From assembly GCA_002633005.1 (NCBI GenBank), contig NMRA01000334.1, forward strand, positions 124,001 to 188,000: a stretch of 64,000 bases of DNA, read 5' to 3'. The notes under the pieces are model-generated. The model was not told the origin of the DNA. It did no database searches and saw nothing but the letters and a program-made list of their open reading frames with translations. The position numbers and the translations under genes were made by a program. Positions 13,047-26,265 of the stretch are shown here, piece by piece. This DNA is from Phoronis australis (lineage: Eukaryota > Animalia > Phoronida). Numbering within the stretch: position 1 is the first letter of the stretch; every line of letters starts with the position of its first letter.

Positions 13047-13703
13047 GTAAGTTTGCATTCTTCTTTCTTTGGCTGGAAATTAACATTCATGCTTATTTTT
13101 GTTTGATTTTATAATCAGAGCTCAACATTATCTTGAAGTTACATTTGAAAATGCTTATTGTGTTTGATAATTAGGTCTCGATATGAAATTTTATTTTGTC
13201 ATACATAATGTACTGTACCAAAATTAATATGCTTTCCCATATCCAAGTTATGTAACGTAGCTACCAATAAATAATATTTTGTAATATTGTGTATATTCAT
13301 AACAATGTTTGGAGCCCTTGAAAAATTTCACTGCATTCTTTGACAGTATGAAAATACCTCTGATAAACGGTGATGTACAGAGTCAAGTCATTCCATTTTG
13401 TTGCTCAGGCAAGTTGAGTTGGGACATATCAACAAAGGAACAGCATTTGCATTGTGCGTCATTTCTCTTTTCTTCTGTTGCATCTAACCTGATTTTGCCA
13501 TACACACAATGAAAAAGTTCAATTGTCAATGGTTGATTTAGTTTTTATCGTCCGCAGTGCTAAAAAGGTGACTGGCACTGGTTGCTCTTCGCTGATCCCC
13601 AAACAAACGGAGCTGGTCATCAAAGTCCAGATGCTGCAGTATGTATAGCACTGTAATCCCTACTGGTTTGAAAAAATCACTGTTATGTGAAACATATTTT
13701 CAG

Positions 13704-13808
13704 TTTCGAGGCTTCTGGTCAAGTACCGCCAGGAGGGCAACAAATTACATCGTTATCCTCACCGTCATCTGTAGGAACGTCATCAGAGTCAGAAGAACCT
13801 GTCCACGG
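13704..13808 (+). CDS. Possible symmetric (phase 2-2) exon of the zinc-finger gene
   Basis: ttttcAG|..|GTtagt; 105 nt open S/P-rich frame FEASGQVPPGGQQITSLSSPSSVGTSSESEEPVH. Confidence 0.4.
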
Positions 13809-15067
13809 GTTAGTTGACTTGTTGTCCTCGTAGCTTGCCCAGTAGTTCATGACAGTAAAATCTCACCATTGGAGACTTCCAAAAGGCAATGGAGGCTGAT
13901 CAGGTGGGAGCGGTGACTCTTATCGCCACCTGGCTGTAACAGGAGGTACTTCGTCCTCACAGTGCCGGGCACAGGAAAATGTTCTGTTTTTGTCCCTAGA
14001 CACTTTTGGATCATATGCGGCTAGTCATGATGATTTTTAAACTGAAGTGAAATTGACTTCTCGTATTTTAAATCCAATTGAACTGGTACCTAGTCCAACA
14101 TGGTCCGTGGCTGTGTGAAAATCAATGTGAAAATCAATGTGAAAATCAATGCCTTGTAAACTCTTACTTTATACCATGCATGCCTTTGATACGACACGGC
14201 CTTAACCGTGTCAAGTGTCCATGCAATATCTCAAAAGGGTATCATTCGGCCACGTGACATGAGTGAGTCGGTAAAGAAATGTGGTATAAATAAATCAAAC
14301 TTCTTGTGATTCCGGTTATATTTGTCATAATGCTAGATTGTTGTGTAGAGCATTTTCACTTCCTCAAGGAGAAAATTACGGCAAAAAAAATCTTAGTCAC
14401 CTTACTGATTTTCTTTTCAATTCTCCTTATTTCTCAGTCACGAGGGAGAACAACTGTGACAATGAAATTGGCTTCTGATGAGCAGCCATGACAGGGAATT
14501 CTGGGTCATTTTATCTGAATACCTTTGGCTTGTACTGTACTTGAATACAGTGGGAAGTGATTTGATGGAGTTGAAGTATTGTATTTAGCCAGAGCTCAGT
14601 GATTGTTCTACACAAAGTTAGTGCACCGGAGCCATCATATCAGCAGTCAGATTCTCACACGACACCTCTTGATCTGGACGAATAGGAATTATGCAAATTT
14701 TCCTCTAATTACGTAGTTAGCAGTTATAGTGTACTTCAAAAGTAATTGGATAAGTATGTCATGCTAGCAAATTTCCTCCATCTGGAAGATCATTAGTTAA
14801 GACTTGTAATATTAGCAAATTCCTCATTACAGAATAGTATTCTGCCATACTGACTTTTCGGTAATACTCACATAGGGTTCTCCCATTTTGAGAACCAGTT
14901 TTCTCCACTGAATAACAGGCAACAAACTGGTTATCGAAATCCGCGACCACTGTTAGTGACTATTGCCGACCTTTATGTAAAATGTTTCGTCGTGATGAAA
15001 GGTTGTCATGATGCTGAATTTATCTGACACCTGGCTGTTGCGAGTTAGAATTGTAGATCATCTTGTT

Positions 15068-15219
15068 CATAGGCGGATCCAGAGTGTCAAGGGGTCCGCA
15101 CTCCCTTTTCCCTTCATTTTAGTGATATTAAATCTATAATTTTAAAATTGTTGACTTGGACCCCCCTTTTGAAAAATTCTTGTTGCGACCCCCTTTTAAA
15201 AAATCCTGGATGCGCTGCT
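15068..15219. mobile_element. Short MITE with G/C-run interior
   Basis: Imperfect TIRs ataggcggatccag / ctggatgcgctgctg; related ends at 8298 (cataggcggatttag) and 9250-9264 (ctagatccgccactg). Confidence 0.55.
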
Positions 15220-15269
15220 GTTGTTCGATTACTTTTGACATGTACTGTATTCAAGTGTCTTTGTTTCAG

Positions 15270-15639
15270 ACAAGACGCCACCATGGCCGATGAGAAGTTT
15301 AGTCCATTAAGGTTGGATAACATTAAAAAGGAACCTGTTGATAATACCAGTGACTCGGGTAATGTTGACCCGCAGACCATTGAACCCAAGCAAGAGGGGA
15401 ACGACAGCAGTATGTTTCAATCGTCCGCATTAGTGTTAGAATGTGAGGAGGACAGTAGCCATTTGCAGACATCTGTTGATAGCAACAACACTGGTGGAGG
15501 CAGCACTCCATTTCAATGTATACAACAAGACAGACTAATAAACGGCATCAGTAATGAGCCTGATACAAATCCAGACGAAACTGTCAATGGAGTGCCGGTG
15601 TTTGTCTACAACAGCACATTTGCTGTGGAGAACCGCTGA
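15270..15639 (+). CDS. Zinc-finger gene, open 5' part of the large terminal exon
   Basis: ttgtttcAG|a joins phase 2 to give LLDR-QDATMADEKFSPLRLDNIKKEPVD...; IKKEP and PKQE motifs typical of zinc-finger linker regions; stop at 15637-15639. Confidence 0.65.
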
Positions 15640-16500
15640 GAACTGTCGGTGAGCTAAACAGTATCAGTGTTTGTTCCATCCATGACAAGTCATTGCAGTT
15701 TAGTGAAGGTTCACACGAGATTTCACTCTGGCGAGAAGCCCTAGAAGTGGTGCTGCGTTGGAAGGGCACACACGAACAGCAGTGCGTTAGCAGAGCATCT
15801 GCACACGCACACTGGTGAGAAGCCATTCACGTGCAAGGTATGTCAAGGTTTTTGGCACAGCAGCACACATACATGTCATACATGTTCACTCACAGCTGCG
15901 AGAAGCAGCTTGCACACGCAGTCTGCAAGTTCTCCTTCAGCCTGCACAAGACCATGCATGAACACGTGCTCAGGCAGGATAGCAAGAAGGCCTAGAAGTG
16001 CATTGTATGAGGGAAGGCACACAGGCACAGTTCAGTAGTTCTTTGTACAACCACATACTAGGACACAGTGATGACCTGGTCTACATGCGCATCATCTGTA
16101 AGGAATTTTCACCAAGAGTAGCAAGCCTGCTACGTACTCTTGGGTGAGAAGCCATACCATACAAGTAAATGCCTCAAACATGTTAGCTCGCTGAGTCAAC
16201 ATTCTAAGTTGCACACAGACAATGCGGTGTCGGAATGTCCGGTCTGCAGGAAATCATTCTGGCTTGTTAGGTCTATGGTTGGACACATGTGAACTCACAG
16301 CGGTGAGAAATACTTCAGTTGCGCACTGTGCGGAAAGATCTTCCTTCACTGACTATAGTGCACTGGAAAACGATAGTGGCACTTGGACGAGAGTTGTTGT
16401 ACTCAGTCAACCATGGTAAACAGCCACACATGCAACAGAAGGAATCCATTCTTGTGAGACTTGTGTGCGAGATTTGCAGACGGTAGCTCGTTTTACTCTC
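15640..16500 (+). pseudogene. Decayed C2H2 zinc-finger array
   Basis: HSGEKP*, EHLHTHTGEKPFTCKVC, HSCEKQ, GEKPY, ECPVCRKSF..GHM*THSGEKYFSCALCGKIF with several stops and frameshifts. Confidence 0.85.
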
Positions 16501-19500
16501 ATGGGAACTCGTAGCAATGTGGGTGCATTTACATGTTGTCAGGAGAGATTTGCTTATACTCGAGAGCATGTGGTAATTCATCATGACTACAATTGCAGGG
16601 ATTAATTTTACTAAGCCTCCTAGACTCCTGATGTTTTATACGGACACATAGATTTGAAGGCAACTATATACCCGTGACACATCCACGCTATTGTCAGATT
16701 TCTCCAGGAGTCAAAAGTCAATTTACCAGGGGTGCGTTCTGTATTAAAACAAAATCCACTCGCAAAACACTTGCGGCGAGAAATTTGTGCTTATAGAACA
16801 GAAACGAGTTCTATCACATAGTAGGCCATTTGAAGGTTTACAAAGTTAATATAGTAAAACCTGGGATGGAATCATCATTTTGTTGGATAAACTTGCTTAA
16901 GGTCAATAGCAAAGTATGTTGAAAACCGGCATCAGGTCTTACTAACTGTGGGCATGTTCTCCTTGTACAGGAAGTGTCCTGCAGTTTGTAGATGCAAGAA
17001 TCATTAGAAAATACGAGATCTCACAAGTCTTCCTAAGATGTTGCCTTGAATTAATGACAAGCAATGCATGATGAGACTAGATTTTCCCCGTGTCTTAGGT
17101 CTACGAAATGCAACCAGGGTAACACCCTGATGCCTACGAAAGTTGAACAAAAATCTACCTTGCTCATCAAGTAAAAGTCTATTCAAGAGTTGAATCTCAC
17201 TGACCATCACTTCTGTGGTTTCAATTTTGCTAAAGAGTGTTAGTAATGTCCTGCATGTACTCATTAACTCTCGTCTTGAATTTAAATGCTTTTTGGTTGA
17301 TCTTACTTTTTGGCATGGTTCTTGCATCTAGTAAATACATGAGTGCATTGTGTAACTAAGGATCTCGCTGTCCATTCTGGTGTGCACCAAAAGTATTTAA
17401 TCAATTCTTCACTGACCTAGCGACATTATTAAAAGGTATACGATATTTCGAAACATACTTGTTTCATTCTCAAGTGGATATAAAATGGCGCAGTAATGCC
17501 ACCACAGAACATAAGCTGAAGACATACACAGTGGGACACGGCAGGTGTGAAATAGTGCCAAGAATGACAAAATGAAGGGGGTAACAGGAAAGTCACGCAA
17601 ACAAGACAAGTGTAATGTGCGGCGCGACCCTGTTTGCTGCTTATTCAAAACAGGCTTCTCAAATGCAATCAAAAGGGACTCTTAATACTTTCAATCGCAG
17701 CACGTGCTCTACGTGCTGAATTGACGTGTTTTCCACGATTTCTTGACGTGTGATTTTACATGCGTGACATTGCAGAAAATGATCTTGGATGGCGCCATTT
17801 TGAAGATGCATAGATAACTGATGGGAAAGACTGCAAACCGTTTCACCAATGTAACATCGTTTGACATTTGAACAAAGACATTAGTTCATAGGACATACAA
17901 ACTCATAAACAACACTATACAGGGCAACAGGGCGAACTTTCGCTTTTAAATTAGAAATGCTATTTGTTACACATGAATGAAACTTAATAGAGACTGTCAA
18001 TAACGAAGTGTCGTGTGTTTAATCAATTCTTCATATCGGAAAACTTGCTCCCAAAGTACAGTCAAATATTTATAAATGAATAAGTTTCAAATCAGTACGA
18101 CTATATTTTCTGAAAGTAGAAAGCTATCCGACATTAATTGGGTCATATAACAGTCTCATTACTAAAATTTAGCGAAAAAGTAAGGGACAGCCACAGCGAA
18201 ACCACAGGATCAACCTGGCCAAATTTTGTTTAATATGAATGTTCAAGATGAGATCTCAGAAACTCTGTTACTGTAACAGTTCTTTTTTGTTTGATGCAAT
18301 CATAAATTTCCATTTTTGATTTTTAAAAACAATTTCTTACAGCATATTGGAGAATAGTGCATAAAACACAAATTTAAAGTTTCAAAAGAATCCAGTCACC
18401 ATCTCTGAGATAGGATGTTTCAAAGTCTTACATGTGCATAACGTTGATTCAAACTGCTCAAATGTGCAGCATTTTAAACCTAAAAATTAAGTGTGTGCTA
18501 AGCAATCTCAATGCAACCCTTGAGTGAATGAGAAAAAAATCGACTAGTAAAAACAATATGTTTATTATACAAAACTGTAAACTTGTATACTAACAAAGCA
18601 CTGTCTATCGTGACCTCAGTGAATAGAATCCAACATTGTGTCTGTGATCGATCTGGCATCTCTTCAACTCAATGTAAACATCACTGCAAATGGAAAATGT
18701 TTAGCAAAGTGACTTATAGTTAAGACAAAAAACACCAGAGATGTGAGTTTTAAGATTTCAGAATGAACAAAAATGAATTAATAAGCAAATGTTTTTATGC
18801 TTTCTAATCTACGAACAGTAAATTGTTTTTCACTAGCTTTAGAGACAATATCTTAGTTCTCATTTTGCAGCAATGGATGTCGACTTGAGATATCCAGTTT
18901 ATCATCTGTAAGAACAATTCTGTTCACCACAGCTGGAAACATGTCAACAGAGAAGAGGTCCCGATTCACATCCCACAAACAAACCAATAGCTTCTAGCAT
19001 GTTATCTATCCCACTCGCCACAGATGAGTGTTCAGTGTCCATCAATCCTAGAAGCACTGCCAAGAGCTACTGACAACCAAGTACCGCATCCTGAATAGCA
19101 CCCCCGGCGCAAAAACAAAAGGGGGAAAGAGAGCCTTTGAAACGAAAACTTGAAGCCAAACATCTGGAGCTCCGCACATGTATTGTGAATCCTGGGTCTG
19201 TGATTTTAACAAGGCTAAATACAATTAACCCGTCACAATGTGCCTTGTTAATACCATTCGTCTGCTCTCAACAATCCTCTTGACGAATTCTAAGCCAACT
19301 AAATTGCGTACGACTTGATTTAGGTTATAGCGAAGTTTCGTAACCAGGCATGCTGAAGAAAAGTCCAGGTGGGTTCGATGTGATGCAGTTCGACTGTAAA
19401 AGCATTTGTAGTTAAACGCAAGGAGTGTTATCCAAGGCACTGGATTCCTTTGTTAGACGCTAGTAAACTCGATGATTGGTTGTTATACAATAACTCCTGT

Positions 19501-19532
19501 CAGTGTAGAGTGAATATCTCAGGTACAGTTGC

Positions 19533-19619
19533 CTACTGTACACCTGCCCTTATGGGAGGTGAGACAAGAATTACTCCATCCCCTCGCACGAACAACATGG
19601 GTATGTTTCGTTTCGTCGA
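19533..19619 (-). CDS. LSM3: LSm3 exon 4 (last)
   Basis: tttcAG|[28 protein letters not shown]; Sm2 motif FVRGD. Confidence 0.97.
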   Translation of the reverse strand, partial: STKRNIPMLFVRGDGVILVSPPIRAGVQ

Positions 19620-20241
19620 CTGAAAGGAGAAATGGAGTAAATTAATTCTGTGAAAAGGTAATATTTTCTTGGATACTTGGAATTGCTAGAAATCAAATGA
19701 AAACATGGATTGGAAGAGTTTTCAAACACAGTGTTTCTACCATGATAAATCAGAGCATGATTTTCATCACAACTAAGAATACTATAAACAAAGGGAAATT
19801 CTAATATGACGCTGAACACACTGTGATGATGCTCATGGTTCCTTTCTTACAATTCCAGTGCATAACTCACACAGATGTCATATTTTCCTCGTTTAAATAC
19901 GGATACACAGCATGTGCTTTCAATGAGAAAAATAATATTAAAAAAAATGTGCTTTGTACTTAGTGGCATGTAACAGCGCCCTCTGTGGAAGATTGAACCA
20001 AAGTGAATAAACAAAAAAATCATTTCTCATTAGCAAAAAGTAAATAGGAGTAGTCCTGTAGAAGTCTACCATCACTTGACTACCACTAAATTTAGGAGGG
20101 GGGGGGGAGTAGGACACCTATAGACATAACCAAAAATGCCATCAGCATTCCGTTTACAGAACTTGGAGAGATTTTCTTGAGAAAATTATAGTTTCCCCCT
20201 TTACAACAACTCAACAGTCGTCAGAACAGACAGTTACCAAC

Positions 20242-20337
20242 CTTGTACAACTCTTCATATGTTTCTTCATCTATTTCCACTGTCGTCACAGTTTCTTCAA
20301 CATCCCCCAGGATCATATTCAAGTGTTGATCGTAGGC
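20242..20337 (-). CDS. LSM3: LSm3 exon 3
   Basis: cAG|[32 protein letters not shown]|GTtggt. Confidence 0.97.
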
Positions 20338-20680
20338 CTGGAAAAAGTCCATTAGTTACAGCCTAGTTGAAAATGTAACAACTTCTTTAGAGTGTTCAAC
20401 AAGTTTTTCTTTAGCATCGCTGGCATTGCAAAAATACATAATTACATGTATTATCAAAGCATGGGTTGCTGAAAATTTTTAAACTTGCCCAATGAATAAC
20501 TTTAATTGCTGCACCTGCACTTTATTTAGTCCATCACTTAACAATGGCAACACGGAGCCCGACAATGTGATGTCATAATTGTTATCCTATGAATAAGTTC
20601 TCTGCAACAGGGCCCTGACTGATGTAGTGTTGTTGTAATGAAATAAAAAGCTATGTACAATCTTTCCATGTTTTTCTTAC

Positions 20681-20791
20681 GTGGAGTTTCCCCCTGAGCT
20701 CTCTGTCATTCCTCATCTTGACATAGATCTTCTCATCCAGAGATAGCCGGACCAAGTCCAATGGCTCTTCAACTGTGCTTACTTGACTGGG
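20681..20791 (-). CDS. LSM3: LSm3 exon 2
   Basis: tttcAG|[37 protein letters not shown]|GTaaga. Confidence 0.97.
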
Positions 20792-22199
20792 CTGAAAGAA
20801 GAAATTACAACTTCGTGATTCAGGAACATCCAGGTACTTTATAGACAACGAGCAGGGAATATTAGAACCAATCAGCTAAAAACATGCGTTTGGTACAAGA
20901 AACAAAACTTTTGAATGAAATGGTTTACTGCAGCTATAAATTTAGTCTCAGCTTGTTCGTTAGTCAAGATGCAAAGTGATTTCAGGGTTTACATTTAGAA
21001 CTGGCAGTTTGTTATTCCTTAAGATCATGCTTGGCGCATAAGATGACACGCTGTGACAAGCTTACTTGTAGTGCTTGGTCTCAAGCAATAATAAATAGCC
21101 AGACAGAGTTCTTTTGAAGCCCTAAACCACCTACAATTAGACGAAGGAATACTTTTGAGCCCAATTTCTTACCAATGAGTGGTCTAATTCAAAAGTTGTT
21201 TTTTATAGACCCTTCAATCATGTTTTTACGATAAGAGTGACTTAGGGCTAATTTCTTCCAGTCAGTCCTAGGTCTGATACACAAATCCACAGTTTGCGCA
21301 AAATCTTGAAAATCTAACTACAAAGAGTAAAAAAACAGTTCCCATTCACGTCGATCATGAAACTTAACAAGCGAATAAGATTTTGGGTAGAGTTTCGTAG
21401 ACAAAGATTCTTGCGAGAAAAGCAAGATCACGCGACTGAAAGGTGAGTGTTTTGCAAATATGCTCGTGAGGTTACTAATGTAACCAAGCAAAATGGCCGA
21501 CTGGTAGGTGAGGTTGGAATGTTGAATTGTGGGATAGAATTCAGAAATTACGGGATAGAATTCAGAGTTTTGGTTTTAGAAACGAAAACTTTTCACTGTA
21601 AGTGCAAGTCTTAGGAACGCAAACTTATTAAAACCAACTAATGTTTTTTTCTAAACTTATCGACTAGATTGATCAAAAGGTTACAATGAAGCCAATCCCA
21701 AAACATCTAAAGGATTTCCACACTAGATTTACTGTCAGCGATTTCTGTAGTATCACCTGGCCAGCGAAGAAAAGGTAACAACGGATAAACTTCAAGAATA
21801 GCATGACATTTTCTGTGTCCAAACAACACCACAATATTCACCTGCTGATAACAAGCCCTGTTTTTGTAAATTATTTGCTATTTTTAAGAAATTTGCATTT
21901 TATTGGCAGGTCCTCATAACCAGGATAGCCTAGGCAAAGAGCCCATTGTTGTGAATGTAGGTTAGTGTGGTCTCGTCTTTCGTGTTGTCTCTTGTTTTGG
22001 TATTTCGTCCGTTGGTTTTCGTTAGTGGCCGGATGGTGTGATTATTAGTGTTGTCATATGACAGGGGCATGATGGGAATGGAGGCTCTCTCTACGTCTGG
22101 TCCTGTTACAGGCAGGATGCTAGCGTTTGGTGCTCCTTCAGAGTGTGTGTTTTCAAGTCTGAGTAAAGGCAAGCCACACGAGAACCTGCAGCGATAGCC

Positions 22200-23385
22200 A
22201 ATAGCTCACTTGCGAGTTTCTCGTTAGTCACTATGACGTCACCGGAAAAGGGGCAAAACCCGCCATATTGCTCTTGTTTTGGCCCTAGTCTTTGCTACAC
22301 ACGCTAAAACTTACTGGAGTTCTTATGGTGAATTTTACGCTTAAAACGTTAAAACAACTTAAGATATGGTAGATGGGTCGTGGAATAACTGTGAATGGAC
22401 GAAGAAAATGTGAACTTGTTATGTTGTGCGAAGCTGTGAACGGATTGAAATTGCCGGAACTTAACCCGCTCTAGGCCTGAAATGCGCAGGCATACAGGGG
22501 CGATAGTGAATCCCCATAAAAAGATATTCACTTCAAAATACAGCAAATAAAATCAAATGAAACATGCATATGTGCACATGAAGTTATAATTAACACATAC
22601 CCTGACTCTGGACACAATTTAGTCTACAAATAACTTGAGCATATTCATGAAAACCTCGCGGTTCTCTCGAGTTTCTCTCACTAGCCGCCATTTTGAGGAA
22701 GTTACGTGAAATCACACCTGTTGACGAACAAAAAGTCCAAGGGACACAAATCTTACAAATTTCACTTGATATTTTCTCAATCATGCTATTTTGCAAGTGT
22801 CACGCGCCAGATCACTCGCCAGATCTCGCGCTTCGCTCAGTCTCGCGCTAGCCTTTGCCTCATACTCACCTGACTCAGTTGAAATACTTGATTGTCTTTT
22901 GGTTATCGCGCGCGCGGACAAAGTTAACAGTAACCACAAAGTGGAGTTGGAATTCTTCGCCAAAGTCACCTGAATTCCCGTACATATGCTTCATCGAAGA
23001 TATGTTTAGAAGCAGAAAGAGTCACTGAAGAAAGTAAGAGCCTTTTAGGTGCTAATTTTAGGTGTAGAATGTATTTTTGACGAGGTGAAAACTTTATCAG
23101 TGAGCGGATTTCGCCTACTGCTAGTTTAAAATACACGGACGAAATTAGTACAGAACGCGATAAAACGTATTGTAGTGCGAATCTGAAGTTCATTTGCCAT
23201 AACAGCAATGCTTTTGGACATTTTTCGAACTAAACGGCTAAAAACTCGAAGACAATAACAGAATACACTCTGCTACCGTATTGGGCAAATGACCAAACGA
23301 CAAGCTTTTGCCCCACTTCCCGTGACGTCACAGTTAAGTCTCACATAATCTCGCGTTATTGTTATAAACTCGCAAAAGGCCTATT
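22200..23385. mobile_element. Non-autonomous TIR DNA element (about 1.2 kb) in LSM3 intron 1
   Basis: aatag..ttgcgagttt..tgacgtcaccggaaaaggggcaaaa mirrored by ttttgccccacttcccgtgacgtca..aaactcgcaa..ctatt. Confidence 0.7.
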
Positions 23386-23399
23386 ACATCGCAGTTGAT

Positions 23400-24050
23400 G
23401 CTGCAGGCATACAGGGACAATAGTACATCCCCATAAAAACTTACGCATTTAAAAATACAGCAAATAAAATCCAATGAACCATACAGATAAGAACACCGAG
23501 TAATAATCAACACATACCATCACTCTGGATACAATTTAATCAGCATAAATTGGACATATCCATGAAAATCTGTTGCAGTTTGCTCGACTTTCTCTTACCA
23601 AGTGCCATTTTGAGGAAGTTACGTGAAATCACGAATGCTGACGAATAAAAAGTCCAAGCGACACAAATCTTACTAATTTCTCCCAATACCTTCCCATGCT
23701 AATTTGCAAGTGTCATGCGACAGCGTCATACACTTCGTTCAGTCTTGCACCAGCCTTTGGCTTTGCCTAACTCACGTGACTCAGTTGAAATACTTTGTGG
23801 TTATCGTGCACGTGGTGAAAAAGTTAACGATGTCCAAAAAGTAGAGCTGGAATTCTTTGCCAAATTTGCCTGAATTGTCATAGCTATACTTCATCGAAGA
23901 TATGTGTAGAAGTAGAAAGGGCCACTGAAGAAAGTAAGTGCTTTTTTAAGTCATAGTTTTAAGTGTAAATGTATTTTTACGAGGTGAAAACTCGCAATTG
24001 GTGACAGGATTTGGCCTACCGCCCATTTAAAATAAATGGGACAAAAATCG
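23400..24050 (+). repeat. Diverged copy of the interior of the 22200-23385 element; partial copy at about 28265-28565
   Basis: Shared blocks caggcatacaggg, ccccataaaaa, gccattttgaggaagttacgtgaaatcac, cttcatcgaagatatg. Confidence 0.85.
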
Positions 24051-24775
24051 AACATAAAGCGATGGGAAGTATTGAAGGGCCTAACTGGCCAACCGAGGGG
24101 CTGCGTGTTGCCTAGGCAATGACCATCGCCTCTGCTGGCCCGAACCAGAGGCAATGCAGCTCCTATAGGTGCTCTGTACGCCGGAAGCTTTTCGGCAAAT
24201 TATGGCTCACACCGACTGAACCATCAAAGTCACGGTGTTATAAATACCTTTTGCGCATAGAGGAACACCTTGGGAGGTTGTCGATGTGTTTAATTCCTTC
24301 CAACTCGAACAAATACTCCCGTTATCAAACTTTTTCTTCACGCAGTCCCTATTTCAGTTCCCAAAATCGTGAACTCAACATTTTCACTCGGCGCACGCCA
24401 AAAGATTCTTTTAACCAGGCCGAAGGTCAGAAGTTGCGGTCCTACCGGCGAACTTTGAAAGCTGAAGTTCCCGCCCTTTGCGTAAGTGCTGCCGGGAACC
24501 AGCCATGCATTTGCCGTTTTTGTTAAACATTAAAATGTCAAATATGTGCACAAAGACTATTAAATGCCATATCAACAACATTTATTTTTATCAAATACAA
24601 ACAATAATTCATTGAAATACAATCAGTTTCAAGTAACGCCAATTAAAGACAAGTATAAGTGGTGGCATTTTGGAAACGAACATTTGACTGAAAAGACCGC
24701 AATGGCTCACCTTTAGCCTACATGTATTTAAAGATTGAGGTCCTGAAGTCACATCACCTAGCGAGCGCGGTAAAA

Positions 24776-25273
24776 NNNNNNNNNNNNNNNNNNNNNNNNN
24801 NNNNNNNNNNNNNNNNNNNNNNNNNNNNNNNNNNNNNNNNNNNNNNNNNNNNNNNNNNNNNNNNNNNNNNNNNNNNNNNNNNNNNNNNNNNNNNNNNNNN
24901 NNNNNNNNNNNNNNNNNNNNNNNNNNNNNNNNNNNNNNNNNNNNNNNNNNNNNNNNNNNNNNNNNNNNNNNNNNNNNNNNNNNNNNNNNNNNNNNNNNNN
25001 NNNNNNNNNNNNNNNNNNNNNNNNNNNNNNNNNNNNNNNNNNNNNNNNNNNNNNNNNNNNNNNNNNNNNNNNNNNNNNNNNNNNNNNNNNNNNNNNNNNN
25101 NNNNNNNNNNNNNNNNNNNNNNNNNNNNNNNNNNNNNNNNNNNNNNNNNNNNNNNNNNNNNNNNNNNNNNNNNNNNNNNNNNNNNNNNNNNNNNNNNNNN
25201 NNNNNNNNNNNNNNNNNNNNNNNNNNNNNNNNNNNNNNNNNNNNNNNNNNNNNNNNNNNNNNNNNNNNNNNNN
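24776..25273. other. Assembly gap (498 N)
   Basis: Run of N. Confidence 1.
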
Positions 25274-25584
25274 ATGCATTACAACGGAACAACAATTGGT
25301 GTCATTTAATTCTCAGATTAGGCTTCAAGTAACATTTTTTGAAATGTCCGATATTTAGGTTCCGTCCGATAATTAGGTACACTATGTGTACAGAAACCCG
25401 GGCCGGGGACGAAAAGTTCGGAACCTGCAGACTCCTCGGGAGTTTGGGATAACTGCAAAACGTTCATGATTAGATAACTGACATTCAAAACCGCCAACAT
25501 GTAAAATATCATTTTGCATGACTTTCAGTTCATCAAAGTCAAAGAGATGAAACATTGCATGAAACAAAACAGTGCATAACGCAC

Positions 25585-25605
25585 CTGCTGCTCTTCGTCC
25601 GCCAT
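25585..25605 (-). CDS. LSM3: LSm3 exon 1 (coding part)
   Basis: aaaATGGCGGACGAAGAGCAGCAG|GTgcgt = MADEEQQ, phase 0, LSm3-type N-terminus. Confidence 0.88.
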
Positions 25606-25795
25606 TTTACTGTTTTACGATTGTCACAAAGCAGGAAAGTCTTCTAGCATATGCAAAAATAAATTTAGTTTGAAATATAATGTATCAAGGTGCTCACACA
25701 ACTTCTTATAATGAACAGTTTAATTTGATTGTGCTAAATTTTGAAACAGACATGGGACAAGATTTTACGACATTCTTCATTCGTAACAGGAAGTA
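25606..25795. promoter_or_regulatory. Compact bidirectional promoter and 5' UTRs between LSM3 and the sorting nexin
   Basis: 190 bp between divergent ATGs; ETS-like caggaagt at 25787-25794; YY1-like ccgccatttt over the LSM3 start. Confidence 0.6.
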
Positions 25796-25798
25796 ATG
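25796..25798 (+). CDS. Sorting nexin exon 1 (ATG only)
   Basis: gtaATG|GTGAGG strong donor, phase 0, joins the Met-less exon at 27739. Confidence 0.6.
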
Positions 25799-26265
25799 GT
25801 GAGGAAAGAAGTTGGTGTTTTGTCGGTGTTTTGATTTTTTAATTTTTTCCAAAAACCTGTATCGGATTCATGTGTAAAACTGAAAAGAAAGCATGGAAGA
25901 ACATTTACAAGACGCTTTAATGTGCTTAAGTAATCTTAGACCCTGGCGTTTATGTGCTCTTGCATTGCAATTTTTGTGTTGCATACAGCAACATACATAC
26001 GCCCCTTTTCATTCAATCACTGAGCGAATCAGCTGGCACGAGCAGGGAGTTAGAGTTATTGGAATAGTTTGCTTTGGCGTGAAGTTTTTTTTGGTGAATG
26101 ATCTAAATTCCATTACAGAAATTCACAATTAGATTGTTATACTACGATATCGCTGACATTGGAGATATTCAGTTGTTGGTATGTTGCAAATGCTGCAGTC
26201 AATGTAGACAGGCCATCGTCTCGATTTGCCACAGTAGAGACCGTGACATCCCATAGGCCCTACAT

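Noticed and set aside
17004-17400. Possible Harbinger DDE transposase remnant
   Set aside because: Only faint resemblance by eye; I could not reconstruct catalytic motifs without a translated search.
21930-22172. 80-aa minus-strand ORF in LSM3 intron 1
   Set aside because: No recognisable domain or splice support; adjacent to a TIR element and probably repeat-derived.
22590-22796. aaaatggcggc MAASERN as LSM3 first exon
   Set aside because: Lies inside a repeated element and has no suitable donor; MADEEQQ|GT at 25585-25605 fits much better.
24609-25309. Long ORFs of 173-228 aa in the ORF track
   Set aside because: They are artefacts of translating the N gap.
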